47,313 nt of DNA from an uncultured Gammaproteobacteria bacterium. GTDB taxonomy: Bacteria; Patescibacteriota; Patescibacteriia; Patescibacteriales; UBA12465. The stretch spans positions 1 through 47,313 of the forward strand of contig CAYURA010000002.1 of the NCBI GenBank assembly GCA_964446775.1, in the 5' to 3' direction. Shown in pieces: positions 17,959 through 25,823 of the stretch (the first letter of the stretch is position 1; each line of letters begins with the position of its first letter). Made by a program: the position numbers and the translations under genes. The notes beneath the pieces are model-generated. The model did no database searches, was not told where the DNA came from, and worked only from the letters and a program-made list of their open reading frames with translations.

Positions 17959-18798
17959 ATGAAAATTGCACAAGTTCGATTCTCAAAGTGGGATAAATTA
18001 TATAGCTTTAGTCTAAGTGAAGACTTACCAATAAAGATCAATGATTTTGTTGTGGTTAATACTAATCTAGGTCAAGAAATAGGTAAGCTAATTTCTATTA
18101 CTAAAGAAGAAATGAGGGCCGACCTAGAATTGCAAGCAGTTATAAGGTTAGCAGAAGAAGCAGAAATTGAGAGAGTTTATGATTTAAAAAAGAGAAAAGA
18201 AGCTCTAGATATTTGTCAGGCAACTGCTAATCGATTAAAACTTAAAATGAAATTTATTGATGCTCGTTTTTCTTTAGAACCAAAGAAGCTTGTTTTTGCT
18301 TTTGTTTCTGAGAATAGAATTGATTTTCGTAATTTAGTAAAAGAATTAACAACTACTTTTAATTTAAATATTAGACTTCTACAGATAGGATCTCGAGATC
18401 AGGCTAAAGTTCAAGGAGATTGTGGCCCGTGCGGACTTAAACTTTGCTGTCGTTCTTTTATGAGTGATTTCACTACCGTTAGCACGGAAATGGCTGAGGC
18501 GCAGCAATTAAATCATCGTGGTAGTGATCGGATATCGGGCATGTGTGGGCGTTTAATGTGTTGCTTAGGTTTTGAATATGAAGGTTATAAATACTTAGCA
18601 AATGAGTTAGCTCCAATTGGTACAAAAATTAGAGTTGAAAACAGAACAGGTACAGTTATTGGTCATCATCTATTAACACAGCAACTTGATGTTCGTTTCC
18701 CTGCAGAAAGGAATGATGAACGAGATCAAATAGTTAAGATTGATTCAAAACAAAGAAAATATAGCCTGATTAATAAGAAAAAAAGGTTTAGTAAGTGA
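17959..18798 (+). CDS. ricT: PSP1 domain protein (YaaT/RicT-like)
   Basis: Cys-rich PSP1 C-terminal region DCGPCGLKLCCRSF...GMCGRLMCCLGFE. The ATG at 17959 is used because the track start at 17953 is a TTG inside the terminator. Confidence 0.75.
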   Translation: MKIAQVRFSKWDKLYSFSLSEDLPIKINDFVVVNTNLGQEIGKLISITKEEMRADLELQAVIRLAEEAEIERVYDLKKRKEALDICQATANRLKLKMKFIDARFSLEPKKLVFAFVSENRIDFRNLVKELTTTFNLNIRLLQIGSRDQAKVQGDCGPCGLKLCCRSFMSDFTTVSTEMAEAQQLNHRGSDRISGMCGRLMCCLGFEYEGYKYLANELAPIGTKIRVENRTGTVIGHHLLTQQLDVRFPAERNDERDQIVKIDSKQRKYSLINKKKRFSK

Positions 18799-18840
18799 GG
18801 CTAGTCTGGGATTTTAAAATTTTTTTTGTTAGTATAAATA

Positions 18841-18849
18841 TGCTATAAT
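18841..18849 (+). promoter_or_regulatory. candidate extended -10 promoter (TGcTATAAT) for gap
   Basis: TG at 18841-18842 and a perfect TATAAT at 18844-18849, 31 nt upstream of the gap ATG. Confidence 0.45.
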
Positions 18850-18879
18850 TATATATCTAATTAATTAAATAAAAATTTT

Positions 18880-19887
18880 ATGGCTATTAATATTGCAATA
18901 AATGGTTTTGGCCGGATAGGCCGAGCAGCTTTTAAGAATATCATTGATTATTATCCAGAATTAAAAGTTGTAGCTATTAATGATTTAAGTGATAAGAAGA
19001 ACATCGCTCTATTGCTCCAAAGTGATTCCTGTTATGGTCGCTATCATCGAATAGTTAGCAGTGATGAGCAGGGCATTATTGTCGACAAAAAAAGATATCC
19101 AGTTTTTGCTGAAAAAGAACCAGAATTATTGCCTTGGAAAAAATTAAAGATTGATATTGTTTTAGAATGTACTGGTAGGTTTAATAGTGAAAAAGGTGCT
19201 AATTTACACCTCATTGCAGGAGCTAAAAAAGTTATACTTTCCGCACCAGCAAAAGAGGGTAAAGTTAAAACGATTGTTTTAGGTGTTAATGAAAATAAAT
19301 TAAAGAAAACCGACCATATTATTTCTAATGCTTCTTGTACTACTAATTGCCTTGCCCCTGTAATGGCCGTTCTTAAAGAAAAAATTGGTGTTAAAAAGGC
19401 AATTATGACAACCATACATTCATACACTGCTGATCAGAATTTAGTTGACGGCGCTCATAAAGATCCACGGCGTGCTAGAGCAGCCGCCGTTAATATTATT
19501 CCTACTACGACTGGAGCAGCTATTTCAGTCACAGAAACCATTCCTAGCTTAGTTGGCAAATTCGACGGTATAGCAGTTAGAGTGCCAACTCCTGTAGTTT
19601 CTTTATGCGACATAGTTTTTATTGCTTCTAAAAAAACCAGTATTGAAGTTATAAATAAAGCTTTTGAAAATGCAGCTGAAACTAAACAAGGCCTCCTTGA
19701 TGCATCAAAAGAAGATTTGGTTTCCACTGATATTATTGGTGATAGTCATAGTGCGATTATTGATTTAAAAAACACTAAAGTAGTTGATGGTGATTTGGTT
19801 AAAGTAATAGCTTGGTATGATAATGAGTGGGCCTATGCTTGTCGATTGGTTGATTTGGCTTTTTTAACAACTAAATTTATTAAATGA
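18880..19887 (+). CDS. gap: glyceraldehyde-3-phosphate dehydrogenase
   Basis: INGFGRIGR, SNASCTTNCLAP (catalytic Cys) and WYDNEW motifs. TGA stop. Confidence 0.95.
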   Translation: MAINIAINGFGRIGRAAFKNIIDYYPELKVVAINDLSDKKNIALLLQSDSCYGRYHRIVSSDEQGIIVDKKRYPVFAEKEPELLPWKKLKIDIVLECTGRFNSEKGANLHLIAGAKKVILSAPAKEGKVKTIVLGVNENKLKKTDHIISNASCTTNCLAPVMAVLKEKIGVKKAIMTTIHSYTADQNLVDGAHKDPRRARAAAVNIIPTTTGAAISVTETIPSLVGKFDGIAVRVPTPVVSLCDIVFIASKKTSIEVINKAFENAAETKQGLLDASKEDLVSTDIIGDSHSAIIDLKNTKVVDGDLVKVIAWYDNEWAYACRLVDLAFLTTKFIK

Positions 19888-19902
19888 GTCAATTAATGTT
19901 CT

Positions 19903-20691
19903 ATGCAAGATAGTAATCAGTTAGCTAATAAAGAAGAGAGCAGGGAGAAGCTCATTTCATTTTTTTCGTTGCTTAAGAGTACCTGGCAGTTTTATCATCA
20001 TCGATTTCTTGACTTTACTGAAATGTACATCTGGGGCTTATTTGGAGCTATCCCCTTGCTAATCATTGGTTTAATTATTCTTGGATTCTCTTTTTTAGGC
20101 TTGGATTCAGCATTGTTGAGATTTATTTTTGTCATTCTAATAATCTTAGCCTTACTTTATTTTCTTTATTATAGTATAAGAGCTCATATTGGTATCATTT
20201 TATTGATAAAAAATGAAAAGGCCAAAGTAAAACCAATTTTTATAGAAACAAAAAAATTCTTTAGATCATATCTCAATACTAGTGTTAATGTCGGAATTTA
20301 TATATTTTTTCTAACTATCTTATTTATAATTCCAGGAATTATCTTTTATATTTATTGGATTTTTACTACCCTATTAGTTGTTTTAGAAGAAATAAAAAAA
20401 CCGATGGAAGCCATAAAAAGAAGCAAAAACTTAGTTAAGGGCTATTGGTGGGCAGTGGCTGGTCGTCTGATTCTTATATTTTTTATTTACTTAATAGTGT
20501 TGAGTATTATTATGTTACCTGCTGCTATTAATATTGATCCTGTAACTAAAATCGAGACATTTAAGTACTTAAGTCAAGATCTTGGTCAAGTTTATCAAAT
20601 CTTAGCAAATCTTATCGGGGCTCTTTTAAGTCCTATATTAGTTGTCTTTAGCTATTTCTTATACAAAGACATATTAGCTAAGAAAAAATAA
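19903..20691 (+). CDS. polytopic membrane protein, family not recognised
   Basis: 262 aa with about six hydrophobic helices and no catalytic motif seen. Confidence 0.5.
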   Translation: MQDSNQLANKEESREKLISFFSLLKSTWQFYHHRFLDFTEMYIWGLFGAIPLLIIGLIILGFSFLGLDSALLRFIFVILIILALLYFLYYSIRAHIGIILLIKNEKAKVKPIFIETKKFFRSYLNTSVNVGIYIFFLTILFIIPGIIFYIYWIFTTLLVVLEEIKKPMEAIKRSKNLVKGYWWAVAGRLILIFFIYLIVLSIIMLPAAINIDPVTKIETFKYLSQDLGQVYQILANLIGALLSPILVVFSYFLYKDILAKKK

Positions 20692-20694
20692 TTA

Positions 20695-22158
20695 ATGTTT
20701 ATCCCGGATTACATTTTAGATATTTTAAAACGTTTAGGAGCGTCTGGTTTTAGTGTAGAATTAGTGGGTGGCTGTGTGCGTGATTTATTGATGGATAATC
20801 AGCCTAAAGATTGGGATTTAACAAGTAAAGCTCATCCTGAGCAAATATTAAAAATATTTGCAGAAGCTAAGTATGAAAATAATTTTGCAACCGTTATTAT
20901 TCCAATTAAAAAAGATAATGAATTATTATCTGTAGTTGAAATTACTACTTATAGAAGTGAACAAGCGTATTCTGATAGGAGACATCCTGATGAGATTAAA
21001 TTTGAGACTGAGTTAGATAAAGATTTAGAAAGACGTGATTTTACTATAAATGCCATGGCCTTACGCTTAAATGATTCTGGCCCTATTGTTATCTCCGACC
21101 ATAGGTTTGAGATAATTGACCTTTTTGGTGGACAAAAAGACTTAAAGAAAAAAGTTATTAGAGCAGTTGGCGAGCCAATAGATCGTTTTAAAGAAGATGC
21201 TTTACGAATGATGCGGGCGATTAGGTTTTCGGCTCAATTAGAATTCAGTCTCGAGCCAAAAACCTTAAGAGCGATTACTAAGATGCCTGGCAGTATTAAA
21301 TTTGTGGCCAAGGAAAGAATAAAGGATGAATTGATCAAGATTTTGTCATCTAATCATGCTGCCGAAGGCTTTTTACTTCTCCATGAGGCCAAATTATTAC
21401 AATATATTATTCCTGAGCTTGAGCAGGGAATAGGAGTTAAACAAAATCATCATCATATATATGAAGTTTTTAAGCACAATATTCTCTCATTAAAATATTG
21501 TCCAAACCCTAATTGGAGAGTTCGTTTTGCCGCCCTATTACATGATATTGGTAAGCCCAAATCTAAGAAAATAATTAATGGTCAAGCAACCTTCTATAAT
21601 CATGAATACATTGGAGCTAAAATGGTTGATAGAATAATGTTGCGCTTAAAGTTTAACAATGAGGATCGAGAACGAGTTGTAAATTTAGTAAGAAACCACA
21701 TGTTCTATTACAACGTAGGGGAAGTGACAGGCGCTTCAGTGAGAAGGTTGATCAATAAAGTCGGTCATGAAAATTTACAAGATTTAATTCATTTAAGGGT
21801 AGCTGATCGTTTAGGCTCAGGTACTCCTAAAGCAATGCCCTATAAGTTGAGGCATCTCCAGTATATGATGGAAAAAGTTCAGCATGATCCAGTGTCAGTT
21901 AAAATGTTAAAAATTAATGGAAGCGACTTGATTAATAATTTAAAATTAGAACCTGGTCCTAAACTAGGAGCAATATTAGATGTTTTGTTAGGAGAAGTTC
22001 TAGAAGACCCGAATCTAAATAATCGACAAGTGTTGTTAGATAAAGCAAATCTTTTAAATTTAAAAGATTTAGCTGTCTTAAGACAAGATGCAAAAATCTT
22101 AATTGAAGAGAGAAGAGAAGATGATGACAAAGGCATGCAACGGAAATTTAGAGTCTAA
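20695..22158 (+). CDS. cca: CCA-adding tRNA nucleotidyltransferase with HD domain
   Basis: VGGCVRDLLM, DWDL, RRDFTINAMA, and the HD motif LLHDIGKP. Confidence 0.85.
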   Translation: MFIPDYILDILKRLGASGFSVELVGGCVRDLLMDNQPKDWDLTSKAHPEQILKIFAEAKYENNFATVIIPIKKDNELLSVVEITTYRSEQAYSDRRHPDEIKFETELDKDLERRDFTINAMALRLNDSGPIVISDHRFEIIDLFGGQKDLKKKVIRAVGEPIDRFKEDALRMMRAIRFSAQLEFSLEPKTLRAITKMPGSIKFVAKERIKDELIKILSSNHAAEGFLLLHEAKLLQYIIPELEQGIGVKQNHHHIYEVFKHNILSLKYCPNPNWRVRFAALLHDIGKPKSKKIINGQATFYNHEYIGAKMVDRIMLRLKFNNEDRERVVNLVRNHMFYYNVGEVTGASVRRLINKVGHENLQDLIHLRVADRLGSGTPKAMPYKLRHLQYMMEKVQHDPVSVKMLKINGSDLINNLKLEPGPKLGAILDVLLGEVLEDPNLNNRQVLLDKANLLNLKDLAVLRQDAKILIEERREDDDKGMQRKFRV

Positions 22159-22209
22159 ACCTATAAATCACATCATTTATATACTTCAAATATTAAATAA
22201 AAAAATAAT

Positions 22210-22971
22210 ATGAATAAATTTAATCAATTATTATCCTTAACTGTTTTATTATCCGTGATGATTACATTGTCCGCTTGTGGAACAGCTAAGCCTAATGTTA
22301 ATGACAATATGAATTTACCACTAATTAATAAACAGCCTAGTGATTCTAAGCCAGAAGAGACTAATAAAAAGGTGGATGTAGGAGATCTAAGTATTGAAGA
22401 AAATCCGGGAGTGCTTGAAGAGGTTCAAATAAAAAAAGAAGTTTCTGATAATAAACCACTAGCACCAGCGCATCAGCCTAATCTTATATCTCAGTATAAG
22501 GGGGCTATTATTCAGACCAGCGAAGGAGACATTGAAGTAAAATTATATAACTCAGAAACTCCTATTACAGCTAATAATTTTATGTATTTAGCTGAATCAG
22601 GCTTCTATAACGGCACACTGTTTCATCGAGTCATGAAAGACTTCATGATCCAGGGAGGTGATCCAAATAGTAAGGATGAAAATTGGGCAATCCATGGCAC
22701 AGGTGGCCCTGGCTATAAGTTTATTGATGAATCTAATGATAAAAAATTAGTAGCTGGTTCCTTGGCCATGGCTAATAGTGGTATTAATACTAATGGTTCT
22801 CAATTCTTTATTGTGACCGCAGAATCAACTCCTTGGTTAGATGGAGCCCATACAAATTTCGGTGAGGTAGTTTCTGGAATGGATATTGTAAGGAAAATAG
22901 AGGCAGCTACAGTAGATGGAACTCATCCAGTAGCAGATATCATAATTAAAAATATTAAATTAGTAAAATAA
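22210..22971 (+). CDS. cyclophilin-type peptidyl-prolyl isomerase, lipoprotein
   Basis: Signal peptide with lipobox LSAC-G, then FHRVMKDFMIQGGDP, MANSG and GSQFFI cyclophilin motifs. Confidence 0.9.
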   Translation: MNKFNQLLSLTVLLSVMITLSACGTAKPNVNDNMNLPLINKQPSDSKPEETNKKVDVGDLSIEENPGVLEEVQIKKEVSDNKPLAPAHQPNLISQYKGAIIQTSEGDIEVKLYNSETPITANNFMYLAESGFYNGTLFHRVMKDFMIQGGDPNSKDENWAIHGTGGPGYKFIDESNDKKLVAGSLAMANSGINTNGSQFFIVTAESTPWLDGAHTNFGEVVSGMDIVRKIEAATVDGTHPVADIIIKNIKLVK

Positions 22972-23025
22972 GATATTAATAAATATTTTTTATTTGAGTA
23001 AAATTTTTATAAAATATTTTTCTAT

Positions 23026-23058
23026 AAAAAAACTTCCGCAATAAAGCGGAAGTTTTTT
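23026..23058. terminator. bidirectional rho-independent terminator between convergent genes
   Basis: AAAAAACTTCCGC-AATAAA-GCGGAAGTTTTTT lies between the PPIase (+) and the RRM gene (-). Confidence 0.75.
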
Positions 23059-23083
23059 ATTGAACAGGTTTTGACCGTTGTTT

Positions 23084-23341
23084 TTAGAAGCGCTTTTCCA
23101 TAGGACGTGCTTCGTTAACTGCGATGCGTCGTCCATCAAGTTCCTGGCCATTCCACATGGTAATAGCTGCCTGAGCCTCTTCTTCGGTTTCCATTTCTAC
23201 AAAACCAAAACCTTTTGAGCGCTGAGTCATTCTATCTTGGATGATAACGGCTGAAACAACATTGCCAGCTTTAGCAAAAGCGTCTGCTAAAACTTGCTCA
23301 GTGGTTTGAAAAGACAAACCACCAACGAATAATTTCTTCAT
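23084..23341 (-). CDS. RRM-type RNA-binding protein
   Basis: RNP2 LFVGGLS and RNP1 KGFGFVEM motifs. The ATG at 23341 is preferred over the TTG at 23356. Confidence 0.85.
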   Translation of the reverse strand: MKKLFVGGLSFQTTEQVLADAFAKAGNVVSAVIIQDRMTQRSKGFGFVEMETEEEAQAAITMWNGQELDGRRIAVNEARPMEKRF

Positions 23342-23519
23342 TTTTTTGGATTTCAATTACTGCCTAAGCAGATCATGAAATATTTTTTTACAAATTTGTA
23401 AGGCGACCTTTGTTGCCTACAAACTACAAACGGCTAGCCCATCTTGTTTCAGTTGAAACAAACTGAACTAGCCGCTCGTGTTTCTAACAAAACTTACATA
23501 TTTATGATAACTCATTATT

Positions 23520-23545
23520 AAAAAAAAGTCAAGCTCACTTGATTA
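23520..23545 (-). terminator. candidate terminator after rplA
   Basis: On the minus strand, TCAAG-TGAG-CTTGA is followed by C and T8 just after the rplA stop. The stem is short (5 bp). Confidence 0.4.
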
Positions 23546-23551
23546 AGATAT

Positions 23552-24250
23552 TTATTCTAAATCAAGCTTTATGCTCGGGCTCATAGATGCACAAATAGAA
23601 GCACTTTTAATATAGGTTCCTTTAGCTGAGGCGGGTTTTATTTTTCTAAGATTTATAATGAAAGCTTGATAATTTTCAATTAATTTTGAATCGTCAAAAC
23701 TTAATTTACCTATAACTGTGTGTAAATTACTAGTGTCATCATTTTTAAAACTTATTTTACCTTTCTTTAATTCGCTAATAGTTTTGGCTGGATTAGGAGA
23801 AACAGTGTCATTTTTAGGTGAGGGCATTAAACCGCGAGTACCTAAGATTTTAGCAATAGGTGCTAGATTTCTCATCATCAAAGGTTCAGCTACTGCAACG
23901 TCAAAATCAGTTTTTTCAGTTTTTTTAATTTCTGCGATTAAAGTCTCTCCGCCACATACATCTGCTCCAGCGTCCTTACAATCTGATTCATTCTCAGGGG
24001 AAACAAAGGCAGCAATCCGGATAATCTTACCAGTACCATGGGGCAGGCTGACGGCACCTCTAATTTGTTGATCGCTCTTCTTGGGATCGATATTTAGTCT
24101 AATGTGAAGTTCTATTGACGGGTCAAATTTTGAATGATCAATTTTTTTTAAGATAGCAATAGCATCTTTTAAGCTATACTTAGTCATCTTATTATAGACC
24201 TCTGATAAATCAGCTTTCTTTTTATCACTCTTTTTTTTTATTGTATTCAT
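23552..24250 (-). CDS. rplA: 50S ribosomal protein L1
   Basis: 232 aa with the SLPHGTGK motif and the conserved position after rplK. Confidence 0.95.
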   Translation of the reverse strand: MNTIKKKSDKKKADLSEVYNKMTKYSLKDAIAILKKIDHSKFDPSIELHIRLNIDPKKSDQQIRGAVSLPHGTGKIIRIAAFVSPENESDCKDAGADVCGGETLIAEIKKTEKTDFDVAVAEPLMMRNLAPIAKILGTRGLMPSPKNDTVSPNPAKTISELKKGKISFKNDDTSNLHTVIGKLSFDDSKLIENYQAFIINLRKIKPASAKGTYIKSASICASMSPSIKLDLE

Positions 24251-24304
24251 ATTTTTTTCGTGGTAAGGCGCTAGTTATAGCTCCCACAAGTTATTTTAAA
24301 TAAA

Positions 24305-24730
24305 TTAATCTTTAATTTCAATCCCCATTTGGCGAGCTGTTCCTTTAATGATATTCATTGCTGCTTCAGTATTTTTAGCATTAAGATCGGGCATTTTTGT
24401 TTTAGCGATTTCTATTAATTGAGAATTTGATATTTTACCAATTTTATCTGACCTTGGCTTACTTGAACCTTTTTTAATGCCAGCTGCTTTTTTTAACAAT
24501 TCAGCCGCAGGTGGAGTTTTAAGGATAAAATCATAGCTTCTATCTTCATAAACAGATATTTCAACTGGAATAATATCACCCATTTTATCTTTTGTCGCCT
24601 CATTAAATTTTTGACAAAATTCAGAAATGTTCAAACCATGTTGACCTAATGCAGGACCAACTGGAGGGGCTGGGTTGGCTTGTCCACCAGGAATTTGTAA
24701 TTTTATTTTTGTTTTTAACTTTTTTGCCAT
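24305..24730 (-). CDS. rplK: 50S ribosomal protein L11
   Basis: [24 protein letters not shown] signature. The ATG at 24730 (MAKK..) is preferred over the upstream track start. Confidence 0.95.
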   Translation of the reverse strand: MAKKLKTKIKLQIPGGQANPAPPVGPALGQHGLNISEFCQKFNEATKDKMGDIIPVEISVYEDRSYDFILKTPPAAELLKKAAGIKKGSSKPRSDKIGKISNSQLIEIAKTKMPDLNAKNTEAAMNIIKGTARQMGIEIKD

Positions 24731-24781
24731 AGTATTATAGAGCTGAATTGTTAGAAGCAATCATTTCAGCTAAATTATTAT

Positions 24782-25327
24782 TTAAGATCTTTTTATTTGA
24801 AGGAAATCAAGTTCAATAGGAGTTTCGCGACCGAACATTGAAACTGACACCTTAACTTTGCCTTTCGCTTCATCGATGTTAGTAACTTTTCCTTCCATAT
24901 TTTTGAAAGGACCTTCATTTATTTGCACAGAAGCTCCGATAGTAACATCAATGGTAAATTTAGGATCCTCAACCCCCATCCTTTTTTGTAAACTTTTAAC
25001 CTCTTCTTCGCTAATTGGCGTAGGTATTGTGCCAGTACCAATAAAACCTGTAACATTAGGCGTATTTCGTACAACATACCAAGAATCATCAGTTACCTCC
25101 ATTTCAACAAGAATATAACCAGGGAATATCTTTTCTTCACTAACTTTACGTTTGCCATTTTTGATTTTGATTTTTTTCTCAGTAGGAATCAAAATGTTGA
25201 AAATCTTATTCTCCATGTCTAGAGATTCAACCCTTTGTTTAAGATTTTGAGCGACATTTTCTTCATATCCAGAATAGGTATGAAGCACATACCAGCGTCG
25301 ACCTTGGTTTAAAAATTGTTTTGCCAT
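24782..25327 (-). CDS. nusG: transcription termination/antitermination factor NusG
   Basis: WYVLHTYSGYE NGN motif, C-terminal KOW (GPFKNMEGKV), and the position between secE and rplK. Confidence 0.95.
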   Translation of the reverse strand: MAKQFLNQGRRWYVLHTYSGYEENVAQNLKQRVESLDMENKIFNILIPTEKKIKIKNGKRKVSEEKIFPGYILVEMEVTDDSWYVVRNTPNVTGFIGTGTIPTPISEEEVKSLQKRMGVEDPKFTIDVTIGASVQINEGPFKNMEGKVTNIDEAKGKVKVSVSMFGRETPIELDFLQIKRS

Positions 25328-25373
25328 ATTTTTTTAAATATAAAATTTTTATTAATTTTAAAAAAATTAAAGT

Positions 25374-25559
25374 TTATTTAATAATTAATTTTTCAAAACC
25401 TAAGTTAAAACCAAAATCCAGAGCACCTAGAAAAGCGGCGACTACCAAAGAAATACCAATAACTAAAACAGTATATTGATAGGTTTCTTTTTTACTAGGC
25501 CAGGTAACCTTCTTTAACTCTTCAATTGATTGTTTAATATATTTTTTAATTTTGTTCAT
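25374..25559 (-). CDS. secE: preprotein translocase subunit SecE
   Basis: 61 aa with ELKKVTWPSKKE followed by a single TM. Conserved position upstream of nusG. Confidence 0.8.
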   Translation of the reverse strand: MNKIKKYIKQSIEELKKVTWPSKKETYQYTVLVIGISLVVAAFLGALDFGFNLGFEKLIIK

Positions 25560-25618
25560 ATTTTCAAATATTAAAATATTAAAAAGAGCCTCTCGGCTAC
25601 TTTTTATATCTATAATAC

Positions 25619-25647
25619 ATGTTAGCGAAATTGCGCCACCCTGTCAA
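25619..25647 (-). promoter_or_regulatory. candidate secE operon promoter (TTGACA-17-TAACAT)
   Basis: On the minus strand, TTGACA (25647-25642), a 17-nt spacer and TAACAT (25624-25619), about 60 nt upstream of the secE ATG. Confidence 0.45.
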
Positions 25648-25823
25648 GACTTTTAGAAGAGAATTATTAGCTTAAAATTGGATAAAATATAAGTCTAATT
25701 ACTAAATTGATAATCAGACATTAAGTAAAATATATATTATAATTGTCTATCTAAAAGGTAAAATACCTTTTATATTGCTTTTTAAGTCTAAACAGGATAA
25801 AATAGGAAAGAATTATATAAAGT

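Noticed and set aside
11219-19887. Alternative genetic code (UGA recoded, as in some CPR lineages)
   Set aside because: eno ends at a TGA (11219-11221) and gap ends at a TGA (19885-19887), both at the expected protein C-termini. All conserved genes are full length under the standard code.
14035-25118. Plus-strand ORFs opposite minus-strand genes (14035..14238, 23718..24071, 24858..25118)
   Set aside because: These are shadows of the 287-aa gene, rplA and nusG respectively. The ribosomal and NusG assignments on the minus strand are unambiguous.
25707-25743. TTGATA ... TATAAT as the promoter for the 574-aa gene
   Set aside because: The spacer is 25 nt, which is too long. An alternative, cAGACA-17-TATAAT (25715-25743), is possible but weak, so no feature is called.
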